NCBI GenBank assembly: GCA_965199855.1
Contig: OZ241326.1
Coordinates: 640,001-704,000 of the forward strand
Source of the DNA: a bacterium
GTDB taxonomy: Bacteria; UBA8248
DNA length: 64,000 bases
Direction of reading: 5' to 3'
Below are positions 38,074 through 48,208 of the stretch, in pieces. The notes below the pieces were generated by a model. It ran no database searches. It was not told the origin of the DNA and was given only the letters and a program-made list of their open reading frames with translations. Each line of letters begins with the position of its first letter. Position 1 is the stretch's first letter. The translations under genes and the position numbers were made by a program.

Positions 38074-38931
38074 ATGCCCCCGCGCCCCCCCGACAAGGGG
38101 GCGTTCTGGTTCACCGAATACCACGGCCCCGGCACCGGCCTGGCCCTCAAGGTGCGGCGAACCCTGTATTCCGCCAGAAGCGCTCATCAGGAGATCGCCC
38201 TGGTCGAGACGGAGGACTTCGGCCGCGCCCTCCTGCTGGACGGCGCCGTCCAAACCACCGAGCGCGACGAGTTCGTCTATCACGAGATGCTGGTTCACGT
38301 GCCCCTGTGCGCCCACCCCGCCCCCCGGAGCGTGGCCGTCATCGGGGGCGGCGACGGCGGCTGCGCGCGCGAGGCGCTCAGGCACGCGACGGTCGAGCGG
38401 GTGGCGCTCGTCGAGATAGACGCCATGGTGGTGGAGTGCTGCCGCGAGTTTCTGCCGACCATCGCGGGAAGGCTCGACGACCCCCGGGTGGAGGTGCGGA
38501 TCGAGGACGGCGCGAAGTTCATCGAGCGGCATCGGGGGGCGTTCGACGTGATCCTGGTGGATTCCACGGACCCGGTCGCCATGGCCGGGCCCCTGACGCG
38601 CCTCCCCTTCCTGCGGGCGGCGCGGCGCGCGCTTGCGCCCCATGGCCTCTACGCCGCGCAGACGCAGGGGCCCGTGTTCGAGGGCCGGCGGATGCGGAGC
38701 GTCTCCCGGCGGGTCGGGAGGGCGTTTCCGGGCGCCTCGTTCTACCTGGCGGGCGTGCCCACCTATCCCGGGGGCGTCTGGTCGTTCGCCCTGGCCTCGA
38801 AGTCCGGCAGGCGGATGAGCCGCGTGAAGCCCAGGCCGCTCCCCGCGCGCGAGAAGACCCACTACTACTCCCCCGCCGTCCACGAGGCCGCCTTCGCGCT
38901 CCCGCCCTACGTGGCGGAGATGCTGCGCTGA
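38074..38931 (+). CDS. speE: Polyamine aminopropyltransferase (spermidine synthase)
   Basis: LLDGAVQTTERDEFVYHEML, GGGDGG and DSTDP motifs. Confidence 0.95.
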   Translation: MPPRPPDKGAFWFTEYHGPGTGLALKVRRTLYSARSAHQEIALVETEDFGRALLLDGAVQTTERDEFVYHEMLVHVPLCAHPAPRSVAVIGGGDGGCAREALRHATVERVALVEIDAMVVECCREFLPTIAGRLDDPRVEVRIEDGAKFIERHRGAFDVILVDSTDPVAMAGPLTRLPFLRAARRALAPHGLYAAQTQGPVFEGRRMRSVSRRVGRAFPGASFYLAGVPTYPGGVWSFALASKSGRRMSRVKPRPLPAREKTHYYSPAVHEAAFALPPYVAEMLR

Positions 38932-39785
38932 TGGACGAGGCGGCGCCCCGCTTCCTTTGCGCGGAGACGCCGATCGAGGCGGCGCGCGTCGTTCTGCTGG
39001 GCTGTCCCTTCGACGCGACGGCGAGCTTCCGCAGGGGGGCGCGCCTGGGGCCCGACGCCATCCGGCGCGCCTCGGAGGTTCTCGAAACCTACAGCCCGCG
39101 TCTGGACGCGGATCTGGCGGACGCCGCCCTGCGCGACTGCGGGGACGTCGATTGCGCCTCCGATGACGCGGAGGCCGCCTTGGCGGCCATCCGCGCCGCC
39201 GCCTCCGGGGCGTTCCGCGCGGGCAGGCGGCCGCTCTTCCTGGGCGGGGAGCATCTGGTGAGCCTCCCCCTGATCGAGGCGGCGCTGGAGTCCTTCCCCG
39301 GCCTCGCCGTGCTTCAATGGGACGCGCACGCGGACCTGCGGGAGTCGTATCTGGGGGAGCGCCTCTCGCACGCCTGCGTCATGCGGCGCGTCCTCGAGCT
39401 GGAGGGGGTCGGGCCGCTGCGCCAGTTCGGCGTCCGCTCGGGGACGCGGGCCGAGTTCGCGTGGATGCGCGCGAACGGCACGGCGCGCCCCCTCGCGCCG
39501 GGGAGCCTGGAGGCGGAACTGCGCGAAATCGGCGGGCGGCCGGCGTATCTCACGATAGACGTGGACGTCCTCAGCCCCGCCGAGATGCCCGGCACGGGAA
39601 CGCCCGAGCCCGGCGGCCCCCGCTTCGGGGAGCTGGAGGCGTGCCTCCGCGTCCTCGGGGAATCGGGCGCGCGGGTGGTCGGGGCGGATATCGTGGAGCT
39701 CGCCCCCGAGTGGGACGCCTCCGGCGCGAGCGCGGTCGCCGCCGCCAAGCTCGCCCGAGAACTGGCGCTCATCCTGAGCGCGTGA
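38931..39785 (+). CDS. speB: Agmatinase
   Basis: GGEH, DAHADL, DVDVL, GTGTPEPGG and DIVE motifs. Confidence 0.93.
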   Translation: MDEAAPRFLCAETPIEAARVVLLGCPFDATASFRRGARLGPDAIRRASEVLETYSPRLDADLADAALRDCGDVDCASDDAEAALAAIRAAASGAFRAGRRPLFLGGEHLVSLPLIEAALESFPGLAVLQWDAHADLRESYLGERLSHACVMRRVLELEGVGPLRQFGVRSGTRAEFAWMRANGTARPLAPGSLEAELREIGGRPAYLTIDVDVLSPAEMPGTGTPEPGGPRFGELEACLRVLGESGARVVGADIVELAPEWDASGASAVAAAKLARELALILSA

Positions 39786-39885
39786 GGGGGGGCGTCGAGG
39801 GCTTGCGGGTCCATCGTTTTGCGGTATTGTATACGGTATGCTTTGAAGGCTGTCAGTCCGGCGAGAAGCGGGCAAGCCCTTTCAC

Positions 39886-40503
39886 TTGCCAGTGAGAAAA
39901 ACCGTGGATGAGATTGCTCTGATCAACGAAGAGCTGGCGGCGATGAGGGATTTCTTTGTCAGGGTCGCGCGAATAATCCCGAGCTTCAACATCACGAACC
40001 CCCGCATATTGCCCTACGGGCTCAAGCCGCACACCCGCTCCGTGAGCTGGATAGCCGAGCAAGTCATCGTGCAGCAGGCGAAGTTCAACCGCAGCCGTCT
40101 CGGCGTTGGCGATGTCGATTTCAGCATGCCCGATACCAGCTTGCATGATTGCGTGGTTACAGAAAGCGAGACCAGGAGATACTATGTCAACGTCAAGCTT
40201 ACCAATTCGGCGACAAGGGAAAACAAAAACGATATTGCGGCGGTTGAGAAGTTGTTCATGCAGTATAAGGCGAATGCGGATTACCGTCTGATTTATGTGG
40301 TTTTCGCCCTCTTTTTCAACAACACGGAAATTTCATTCGTGAAAGAAAGCATCCATGCGTTTTCGCCGCAATTTTTGCCGGTCTACGTAAATCCGAGGAA
40401 CGACAAGATTCAGGCTTATTATCACGCTTCCCCGGAAGAGCGGACGCGGGAGGAATTTCTAAGGCTCCTGCAAAGCAACTCAACGAGCATCGTATTGCAA
40501 TGA
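39886..40503 (+). CDS. Probable type II restriction endonuclease (PD-(D/E)xK-like)
   Basis: Lower GC, HD...YVNVK motif, and overlap with the methyltransferase start. Confidence 0.6.
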   Translation: MPVRKTVDEIALINEELAAMRDFFVRVARIIPSFNITNPRILPYGLKPHTRSVSWIAEQVIVQQAKFNRSRLGVGDVDFSMPDTSLHDCVVTESETRRYYVNVKLTNSATRENKNDIAAVEKLFMQYKANADYRLIYVVFALFFNNTEISFVKESIHAFSPQFLPVYVNPRNDKIQAYYHASPEERTREEFLRLLQSNSTSIVLQ

Positions 40504-41336
40504 ATTACAGACTGTTCAACGAGGATTTTTTGTCGGGCGTCGAGCGCGTTGATGACGATTCCGTAGATCTGGTGGTTGCCGATCCGCCCTATTGCCTCGG
40601 GAAGGATTACGGCAATGACTCGGACAGGATGCGGCCGGAGGATTTTATCAAGTGGACGCGGGAATGGGCCGAGGCCGTCATCCCGAAACTGAGAAATACG
40701 GGCAGTTTGTATCTCTTTACGACCTGGCGGTTTTCTCCGGAGATATTTTCATTTATGAAGACTCGCTTGATGATGCTGAATGAAATTATCTGGGATCGCA
40801 AGGTGCCGAGCATGGGAGGATCGACGCGCCGATTCTCATCCGTTCACGACACCATCGGATTTTTCGCCAAATCGAACAAATACTATTTCGACATAGACGC
40901 GGTGCGAATCCCGTATGACGAAGAAACAAAGAAAGCCCGCACGCGGTCCATCTTCGTGGGCAAGAAGTGGCTGGAAGTCGGCTATAACCCCAAAGACGTC
41001 TGGAGCGTGTCGAGGCTTCACAGTCAGCACAGGGAGAGGGAAAATCATCCTACCCAGAAGCCGCTGGAGATAGTGGAGAGAATGGTGAAGGCGAGTTGTC
41101 CTGACGGGGGCGTTGTTTTGGACCCGTTCGCCGGCTCGGGAACGACCATAGAAGCCAGCCTCAAGCATGGCCGACGCTGCCTCGCGTTTGAGGTCAACGC
41201 GGATTACTGCCGTCTGATCCGGGAGCGCATCGAGCGTCATTCGGACGATGAGAGAACCTTGTGGGATGCCCGGTGGGAAACGGGCGAAAGCGAATCGGCA
41301 TTGCGGCTGAAGAGAAAATCAGGCGAAGCGGTTTAG
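40500..41336 (+). CDS. N6-A/N4-C DNA methyltransferase (beta class)
   Basis: DPPY precedes HPTQKP and DPFAGSGT. Confidence 0.93.
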   Translation: MNYRLFNEDFLSGVERVDDDSVDLVVADPPYCLGKDYGNDSDRMRPEDFIKWTREWAEAVIPKLRNTGSLYLFTTWRFSPEIFSFMKTRLMMLNEIIWDRKVPSMGGSTRRFSSVHDTIGFFAKSNKYYFDIDAVRIPYDEETKKARTRSIFVGKKWLEVGYNPKDVWSVSRLHSQHRERENHPTQKPLEIVERMVKASCPDGGVVLDPFAGSGTTIEASLKHGRRCLAFEVNADYCRLIRERIERHSDDERTLWDARWETGESESALRLKRKSGEAV

Positions 41337-41442
41337 GGAGAGTTTTATGGTCTCGCGCCCGGCCCTTTCCTGGCGAGAGCTCCCCGGGCGGAGAGGCGCG
41401 CTTCGCTGACGCTCACCCATCACCCTGCGCATGGAGACGCCC

Positions 41443-42609
41443 ATGGCTGAAGAAAAACCCCGCCAGTTCGTTGGCAGCGTGGAGTTCAAGAAGGGGCTCG
41501 AGGGGGCCATCACGAACGAGAGCGCCATCAGCTACGTGGACGGCGCGAACGGCAAGCTCATCTACCGGGGCTACAGCATCGACGACCTGTGCGCCGGCGG
41601 CGGGGGCTACGAGGAGACGGCCTACCTGCTCCTCTACGGAAAGCTGCCGAACCGGGGCGAGCTCGACGCCTTCAGCGCGGATCTGGCCTCGCGCCGGGGC
41701 GTCCCCGGGGAGGTGAAGGACCTGATCGGGCGAATCGCCCGCAGGTGCCACCCCATGAGCGCGCTGCGCACCGCCGTCTCCATGCTGGGCTGCCTGAACC
41801 CGAAGGAATTCGAGGTGACGGTGGAGAACGACTTCGACCTCGCCCTCACGCTGACGGCGCAGTTTCCCACCCTGGTGGCGGCCATCCAGAGGGCGCGGAG
41901 GGAGCGGCCCATCCTGGAGCCGGACGCCTCCCGGGGATTGTCCGAGGACTTTCTGCGGATGATGACGGGCGAGGCGCCCGACGCGCGCACGGCGGAGGTG
42001 ATGGACATGGCGCTCATCATCCACGCCGAGCACGGCATGAACGCCTCCACCTTCTCCGCCATGGTGACGAACAGCTCGCTCACGGACTTCTACAGCTCCA
42101 TCGTCGCCGGCGTCGGCTCGCTCAAGGGCCCCCTGCACGGCGGGGCGAACGAGGCCACCCTGCGCACCTTCACGGAGATCGGCGACCCCGCCACGACGGA
42201 GGCGTGGTTCCGGGAGGCGAAGGCGCGGAAGGTGAAGCTCATGGGCTTCGGCCACCGCGTCTATAAGGCCTACGACCCCCGCGCGCGGCTGTTCGACCCC
42301 ATCGCCCGGGAGTTCGCCGAGCGCGCCGGCGCGGGCCACCTCTACGAGATCGCCAAGAAGCTCGAGGCGCTGGTGGTGGCGGACCTGGGCGGCAAGGGCA
42401 TCTTCCCCAACGTGGATTTCTTCTCGGGCATCATCTACCACGCGATGGGCATCGACACGGACATGTTCACGCCCATCTTCGCCGTGCCGCGCATCGCCGG
42501 CTGGTCGGCGCGCATCCTCGAATACCTGCCGGAAAACCGCCTCTTCCGGCCCCGCGCGGTCTACGTCGGCGACCTGGAGTCGCAATACCAGCCGATTGAC
42601 GAGCGCTAG
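41443..42609 (+). CDS. gltA: Citrate synthase / 2-methylcitrate synthase (type I)
   Basis: HAEHGMNAS, GPLHGGANE, GFGHRVY and PNVDF motifs. Confidence 0.93.
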   Translation: MAEEKPRQFVGSVEFKKGLEGAITNESAISYVDGANGKLIYRGYSIDDLCAGGGGYEETAYLLLYGKLPNRGELDAFSADLASRRGVPGEVKDLIGRIARRCHPMSALRTAVSMLGCLNPKEFEVTVENDFDLALTLTAQFPTLVAAIQRARRERPILEPDASRGLSEDFLRMMTGEAPDARTAEVMDMALIIHAEHGMNASTFSAMVTNSSLTDFYSSIVAGVGSLKGPLHGGANEATLRTFTEIGDPATTEAWFREAKARKVKLMGFGHRVYKAYDPRARLFDPIAREFAERAGAGHLYEIAKKLEALVVADLGGKGIFPNVDFFSGIIYHAMGIDTDMFTPIFAVPRIAGWSARILEYLPENRLFRPRAVYVGDLESQYQPIDER

Positions 42610-42736
42610 CGCGCGGCGCGGCGCGAGACGAAAAGCGGCTCCCGCGCGGGGGGATTCTCATGTTGTCCATGAGAAGTGATGCGATTTTCTTGCGCGCTGA
42701 AACATCACGACACCATAATTATGGGTAAGGAGGAGT

Positions 42737-43063
42737 TTGAAATTGAAGAAGAAAATAATCGCAATCATTGCCAAGATAAAAGAGCATGGCGGTCTCTGGG
42801 CGTTCGGGGTGTTTCTTTTGGGCGCCGTGGGTGGAATTTACGCTTGGACGAACTTCATCGTTTACGCCCAGATCGCTCCCGTAAATGTAAAGGTTTCTGA
42901 ATCAATAAAAAGACTCGACGCGGCGGAGCAAAACACGAACGGCAAAATACAGAATTTCGCAAAGCATTTCGACAAGCGCTTTGACGAGTTAAGAGAAGAT
43001 GTAAGGAGCAACGGGAAGAAAATAGACGTCATTTTGTTGAAACTTTCAACGCTGCAAAAGTAA
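42737..43063 (+). CDS. Hypothetical low-GC protein, one TM plus coiled coil
   Basis: AAGGAGGAG RBS before TTG, a TM segment and a FDKRFDELRE coiled coil. Confidence 0.6.
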   Translation: MKLKKKIIAIIAKIKEHGGLWAFGVFLLGAVGGIYAWTNFIVYAQIAPVNVKVSESIKRLDAAEQNTNGKIQNFAKHFDKRFDELREDVRSNGKKIDVILLKLSTLQK

Positions 43064-43126
43064 GAGTTCGCGTAGTTAAAGATATGATTTCTCTTTTTCG
43101 TAAAGGAGGGCAATAGGATCGCTCGC

Positions 43127-43868
43127 ATGAAAGAATCGAAAAAAGCACATCAACGTATCTGACGGGATGTTGGTCGTGGGCTATTATCTGGCCCGTTGCG
43201 GCGTCCGTGCGCCCGATAAAAAATACTCAGCTCCGCCAGCGGCGTTGAAGGTTAAAACATGGACGGATGCTTTCGATCGCTTCTATGAAGTTTTGAGTGA
43301 TGGACGTTCCGAATTACAGTTCCGCAACAGCCTCCTCGGCGTGCGCGCTTTCTTCGACCATTTGTTCCCGAATGGTCGTGAGGGGTTCGGAAGCGAGGAA
43401 GCTTTGTCTGAAGATGCCAAAGATATTCATGAGAAATGGAAGGGCAAATCCCGCAGTGAACTGGAAACTCGCGTTCTGGACTTGCTGGGCGGCGCGCGCC
43501 GCCTTTACGATGTTCCTCCACTGGAAGCGCGAACGGAGGGCGGCGAGAAGGTATTCACTTCCATCCGGCGGGAGCGTGATCCCGATCTAAGAAAAAAGGC
43601 GCTGAAAATTCACGGCTATGACTGCATGGCCTGCGGCTTCAACTTCGAGGAGCGCTACGGTTCTCTCGGAGAGAAATTCCTCGAGGTCCATCATGCCGTC
43701 CCTCTCGCCGAAGCCGGAGAAAGATGGACCAACCCTGAAACGGACCTCGTGGTCTTGTGCTCCAACTGCCACAGGATGGTCCACCACCAAAGGGGCGTCT
43801 GCCAGTCCGTGGATGAACTGAAAAAGCATATCAAGCGCCGGGGACGCCGGGCGGATCGCGCGGCCTGA
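43127..43868 (+). CDS. HNH endonuclease (McrA-like). Starts at 43167, or at 43127 with a frameshift in an A6 run
   Basis: EGG...RERD, CMACGF, EVHH and LCSNCHRMVH motifs. Confidence 0.85.
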
Positions 43869-44288
43869 TCAGTCCTCCCCCTCGGCGAACTCCTCGAAGG
43901 TGTGGAACAGGCCGTCCAGCACGCGCGCGGCCTGCTCCTCGAGGCCCGGCCGGTCGAGGGGCAGGTCGATGGCGTAGCGGAAGGCGCCGTCGTGGTAGTG
44001 CTCCACCTTGTGCTCCTCCTCCTCGCCCGCCTCCTCCATGCCGTCATAGACGAAGTCGTCGATGGGGTCCTTGCTGTCCAGGATGGCGTGCTCGATGTCC
44101 TCGTTCACGTAGCGGTCGCGGGTGGCGAAGCTGACGCGGAGCCTGCCCTCCGCCTCGTCCTTCTCGAACTCGAACCAGCAGACCTCGCTCACGCCCAGCC
44201 GCAGGGCGCGGCCGGAAGGATCGGGGGCGGGCGTGAAGCGGTCGTCCGCCGCGTAGCGCTTGATCATGCCCGTAATGATGTCCGCCAA
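43869..44288 (-). CDS. Hypothetical acidic protein
   Basis: Host-like codon usage; no motif recognised. Confidence 0.6.
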   Translation of the reverse strand: MADIITGMIKRYAADDRFTPAPDPSGRALRLGVSEVCWFEFEKDEAEGRLRVSFATRDRYVNEDIEHAILDSKDPIDDFVYDGMEEAGEEEEHKVEHYHDGAFRYAIDLPLDRPGLEEQAARVLDGLFHTFEEFAEGED

Positions 44289-44504
44289 GCCGGAAGCCTC
44301 CGCGCGGGGGGTGGTCGTGCAATCGGGGAGGCGGGCGCCGCCTCCGCTCGCCAGGCAATATAGCGCAGAACGCGCCCCCCGCCAAGAGAAGCCGCGCCCG
44401 GATTCCGCGCGGCCTCCCGGCCGCTTTTCCCGCCCTGGGGCGGCGCGTTTCCCGACGGGGCCGGGAGGCGGGCGGCCCGAACGCCGCCGCCCGCCTCCGG
44501 GCGC

Positions 44505-45479
44505 CTATTTCGTCATGTCCTTGATGAGCTGGGTGTAGCCGTCGTAGTTCGGCTTGCGGGTCTTCTCGTAGTCCGCCCCGCCCATGAACTGCACGCCCTC
44601 GCCGATGCTGCGCATGAAGCGCTTGAAGGACTTGTTCTTCGTGAGCTTCACGAAGGCGGCGCGCAGCGCCGCCAGCCTCTCGGCCGGGATTTTCGAGGGC
44701 GCCATGAAGATGCGGTCCATCCGGAAGCTCACGCCCCCGTAGCCGAGCTCCTCCGTGGTGGGGACGTCCCTGAAGTCCTTGTCGTTCGAGAGGCGCCTGT
44801 CGCCCGTGAGCGCGAGGACGGTGATTTTCCCCGCCCGCTTGTGGGGGCGCAGCTGGGTCGGGAAGCCGATGCCCACGTCGTCCTGCCCCGAGAGGACGGC
44901 GCGCAGGGCGGGGCCGCCGCCCTTGTGGGGGATGAAGTTGACCTTGACGCCCGCCGCGCGCACGAACTGCATGGAGGGCACGTGCCCCGCGCCCCAGACG
45001 CCGCTGTGGCCCCAGTTGACCTTGCCGGGGTTCTTCTTCGCGTAGGCGACGAACTCCTTCATGGACTTCCACGGCCTGTTCGAGAGCGAGAAGAACATGG
45101 GCTGCGCGTGGTTGATCTTGGCGATGGCCGAGAAGTCGCGCAGGGTGTCGAAGGGCACCTTGCGCGTCTGCGGCACGAGCTGGTCGAAGCCGTTGTGGCT
45201 GAAGAGGATGGTGTAGCCGTCCGGCTTGGCCTTGGCCGCGAAGCCCGTGCCCTTCATGCCCGCCCCGCCCGGCACGAGCTTCACGACCATGGGCTGGCCG
45301 AGGATGTCGGCGATGATGCTGGTGATGCCGCGCGCGTGGAGGTCGTGGCTGCCGCCGGCGCCCACGGGCAGGACGAGCGTGATGGGGCGGTCCGGGTAGG
45401 CCGCGGAGCCCGCGCCGGGCGCCGCCGGGACGGCGAGCAGGGCCGCCGCGCCCAGGATGAGGAGGAAGCGCTTTTTCAT
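44505..45479 (-). CDS. tctC: TctC/Bug substrate-binding protein
   Basis: YPDRPITLV-P-GAGGSHD and KPDGYT motifs. Confidence 0.92.
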   Translation of the reverse strand: MKKRFLLILGAAALLAVPAAPGAGSAAYPDRPITLVLPVGAGGSHDLHARGITSIIADILGQPMVVKLVPGGAGMKGTGFAAKAKPDGYTILFSHNGFDQLVPQTRKVPFDTLRDFSAIAKINHAQPMFFSLSNRPWKSMKEFVAYAKKNPGKVNWGHSGVWGAGHVPSMQFVRAAGVKVNFIPHKGGGPALRAVLSGQDDVGIGFPTQLRPHKRAGKITVLALTGDRRLSNDKDFRDVPTTEELGYGGVSFRMDRIFMAPSKIPAERLAALRAAFVKLTKNKSFKRFMRSIGEGVQFMGGADYEKTRKPNYDGYTQLIKDMTK

Positions 45480-45507
45480 GGTGCATCTCCCTTGATGAAG
45501 GCGCCCT

Positions 45508-47010
45508 TCAGGCGGCGGGCCCCGAAGCCCGCCGCCATGCGGGGCGAAGAACGAGAAAGGCGACCCAGACGATCGCCGCCGCGAGAAAGGCGGAGGCGAT
45601 CGGCCTTTCCAGGAACAGGTAGGAGAAGGGCGCGCCCTTCGCGTAGAGCATGGACTGGCTCAGGCGGTATTCTATCGGCTCGGCGAGCACGAAGGCGATG
45701 ATGAGGGGCGCCAGGTCGAACCCGAACTTCCTCAGGCCGTAGGCGCACACGCCGATGACGACCATGAGGATCACGTCCGCGTTCGAGCCCGTCGAGAGCG
45801 CGCCCACGAAGGCGAGCGCCACGATGACGGGGATGAGGTGCGCCTTCTTCAGCTGGATGGCGCGGGCGAAGGGCTTGAGCAGGACGTAGCCCAGGAAGAA
45901 GAACAGCACGTTGGCCAGCACCATGGTGAGGATGAGGGCGTACATGAGCGCGCCCTGCTCCTGGAATATCTGGGGGCCGGGGCGCATCCCGTGCGCCACG
46001 AACGCGCCCAGGAGGATGGCCGTCACGTTGTCGCCCGGAATGCCCAGGGTCAGCAGGGGAACCAGCGTGGGGCCGTTGACGGCGTTGTTCGCCGCCTCGG
46101 GCGCGGCGACCCCGTCGAGCTCCCCCCTGCCGAATCTCTCCGGGTTCTTCGAGGCGCGCTTCGCCGCGCTGTAGCCGATGAAGGCGGCCACCACCTGCCC
46201 CACCCCCGGCACCATGCCGATGCCCGTCCCGATGGCGGTGGAGCGCAGGATGCTGCGAATCGACGCCCGGAACTCGCGCCAGCGCAGGCGCCCGCCCGCC
46301 CTGGCGAGGTCCACGCGCTCGCTGATGAAGCGCGCCGTCCGGGACTCCACGGCTTCGAGCACCTCGGGCATGGCGAAGACGCCGATGGCCAGCGGGATGA
46401 GGGGGATGCCCGCGCTGAGCGCCTCGAGGCCGAAGGTCATCCGCGTGGCGCCCGTGGTGGCGTCCGTGCCGATGAAGCCCAGCCCCATGCCGATGCAGGC
46501 GGCGATGGCGCCCTTGAGGCCCGAGTCGCTCGACACGCTGGCGATGAGCACCAGCGAGAAGATGATGACGGCGAACACCTCCGGCGGGCCGATGAGCAGG
46601 GTGATGACGGCGATGGGGCCGATGAGCGCCAGGGTGAAGACGTCCGAGAGCGTGTCGGCGATGGTGGAGGAGAACAGGGCCATCTCCAGCGCCTTGCGCC
46701 CCTCGCCCTTGCGGGTGAGGGCGGGGCCGTCGAAGGTCGTGGCGATGGAGGCGCCCGTGCCCGGAATGCCGACCAGAATGGCCGGGATGCTGCCCCCGTA
46801 TATCCCCCCCTTGTAGATGCCGATCAGGAAGGGGATGCCGAGCATGGGCTCGAGCTTGAAGGAGATGGGCAGGAGCACCGACATGGCGAGGATGGTGGTG
46901 AGGCCCGGCATCGCGCCCACGAACATGCCGATGGCCAGCCCCGCGCCGATGTAGAGGAAGGTGTCTATCCGCATGAGGAGCGCGAAGGCCTGGAAGAAGG
47001 AATCGAGCAA
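45508..47010 (-). CDS. tctA: TctA permease
   Basis: GAMPGL, YGGSIPAIL, PEAANNA and LTLGIPG motifs. Confidence 0.92.
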   Translation of the reverse strand: MLDSFFQAFALLMRIDTFLYIGAGLAIGMFVGAMPGLTTILAMSVLLPISFKLEPMLGIPFLIGIYKGGIYGGSIPAILVGIPGTGASIATTFDGPALTRKGEGRKALEMALFSSTIADTLSDVFTLALIGPIAVITLLIGPPEVFAVIIFSLVLIASVSSDSGLKGAIAACIGMGLGFIGTDATTGATRMTFGLEALSAGIPLIPLAIGVFAMPEVLEAVESRTARFISERVDLARAGGRLRWREFRASIRSILRSTAIGTGIGMVPGVGQVVAAFIGYSAAKRASKNPERFGRGELDGVAAPEAANNAVNGPTLVPLLTLGIPGDNVTAILLGAFVAHGMRPGPQIFQEQGALMYALILTMVLANVLFFFLGYVLLKPFARAIQLKKAHLIPVIVALAFVGALSTGSNADVILMVVIGVCAYGLRKFGFDLAPLIIAFVLAEPIEYRLSQSMLYAKGAPFSYLFLERPIASAFLAAAIVWVAFLVLRPAWRRASGPAA

Positions 47011-47025
47011 GTCCCCGCGCCTCCC

Positions 47026-47622
47026 CTAGATTCCCGGAAAAGCGCCGGAGAGGAACTTCATGATCGCGTCCTCGACGGAGGCGATGGCCTCGAATTCGCT
47101 CCTCGGCAGCGAGATGAGCAACAGCCTCTCGAAGACGAAGCGGACGACGACGGGGATGAGGACGGCGAGGGGGAGGAGGGCGCGCAGGCGGCGAACCCCC
47201 AGAAGGCGCGCGGAGGCGGCGGCCATGAGCAGGGTGGAGAGGCCGTAGCCGAGGGGGGAGACGAGGGCGGCGTAGGCGGCGGCGATGAGGATCATCCTCG
47301 CCCCGCGCGGGATTCCCGCGGTCTCCGGCGCGCCGGCGGCGGGGGGGGCGCGGCGCGCCTCCCGCCGGGCGGCGAGCAGATGGCACAGGCTGAGGGCGGC
47401 GAGAAGGGCGAAGGCGAGCCGCGGGAAGAACACGGGCGAAAGCGTGATGAAGCTCTGCGCGGAGGCGATGCCGCCGGAGGCGATGAGGGACGGCATGAAG
47501 AGCGAAAGCCCCGCCGAGACGAGCGCCATCGAGGCGGCGAGCCAGACTTCCAGCCGCGCGAGCGCGGCGTCCGGCGCGCTCGCCGCTTCGCGGCCGGAGG
47601 CTGCTCCGTCGTCGGAGGACAT
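47026..47622 (-). CDS. tctB: TctB small membrane subunit
   Basis: SPVFFPRL and FERLLLISLP motifs; upstream of tctA. Confidence 0.8.
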   Translation of the reverse strand: MSSDDGAASGREAASAPDAALARLEVWLAASMALVSAGLSLFMPSLIASGGIASAQSFITLSPVFFPRLAFALLAALSLCHLLAARREARRAPPAAGAPETAGIPRGARMILIAAAYAALVSPLGYGLSTLLMAAASARLLGVRRLRALLPLAVLIPVVVRFVFERLLLISLPRSEFEAIASVEDAIMKFLSGAFPGI

Positions 47623-47793
47623 GGGCGGTCGCTCCCTGGCGAGAGATTCGCTTCGGCGTCCCCGCTCCCGAAGCTTTCCCGGCCGCTCGATGAAGTGGCG
47701 CGCTCCCGAAGGTTCGCGTATTATTCCCCAATCGCCCGGCGAGAGCAAACTTTCACCCCGCCCCCCGGGGCGGACGCGCGGGGAGAGCAGGCC

Positions 47794-48177
47794 ATGAAGA
47801 TCATCAATTCCATGAGCGTGGAGAAGGACGACGCCTACGAGCCTCCCTATTCCATCATGTGGGGGGTGAACGACGAGACGACGGACACGAGGGTGATGAC
47901 CATGCAGCGCACCATCATCCCGCCGGGCGGGAGGAACAGGATGCACACCCATGCGTGCGACGCGGTGTTCTACGTGAACAAGGGGCCGATTTACGTGTTC
48001 TGCGGCGACCCGAAGAATCCCGAAAGGCATCTCGTCGAGGCGGGGCACTTCTGCTACGCGCCGGCGGGCGAGCCGCACGGCCAGGAGAACCCGAGCCGGA
48101 CGGAGCCCGCCGAGCTCATCGCCACCTACGGAAACTGCTCCCACCAGGACAAGGCGGGCACGGTCTTCGTGGAGTAG
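47794..48177 (+). CDS. Cupin domain protein
   Basis: PPGG...HTH...FYVNKG and PAGEPHGQEN motifs. Confidence 0.85.
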   Translation: MKIINSMSVEKDDAYEPPYSIMWGVNDETTDTRVMTMQRTIIPPGGRNRMHTHACDAVFYVNKGPIYVFCGDPKNPERHLVEAGHFCYAPAGEPHGQENPSRTEPAELIATYGNCSHQDKAGTVFVE

Positions 48178-48208
48178 CGGCGGCTCCGCAGTCGCAGGGA
48201 GGCGGGCG

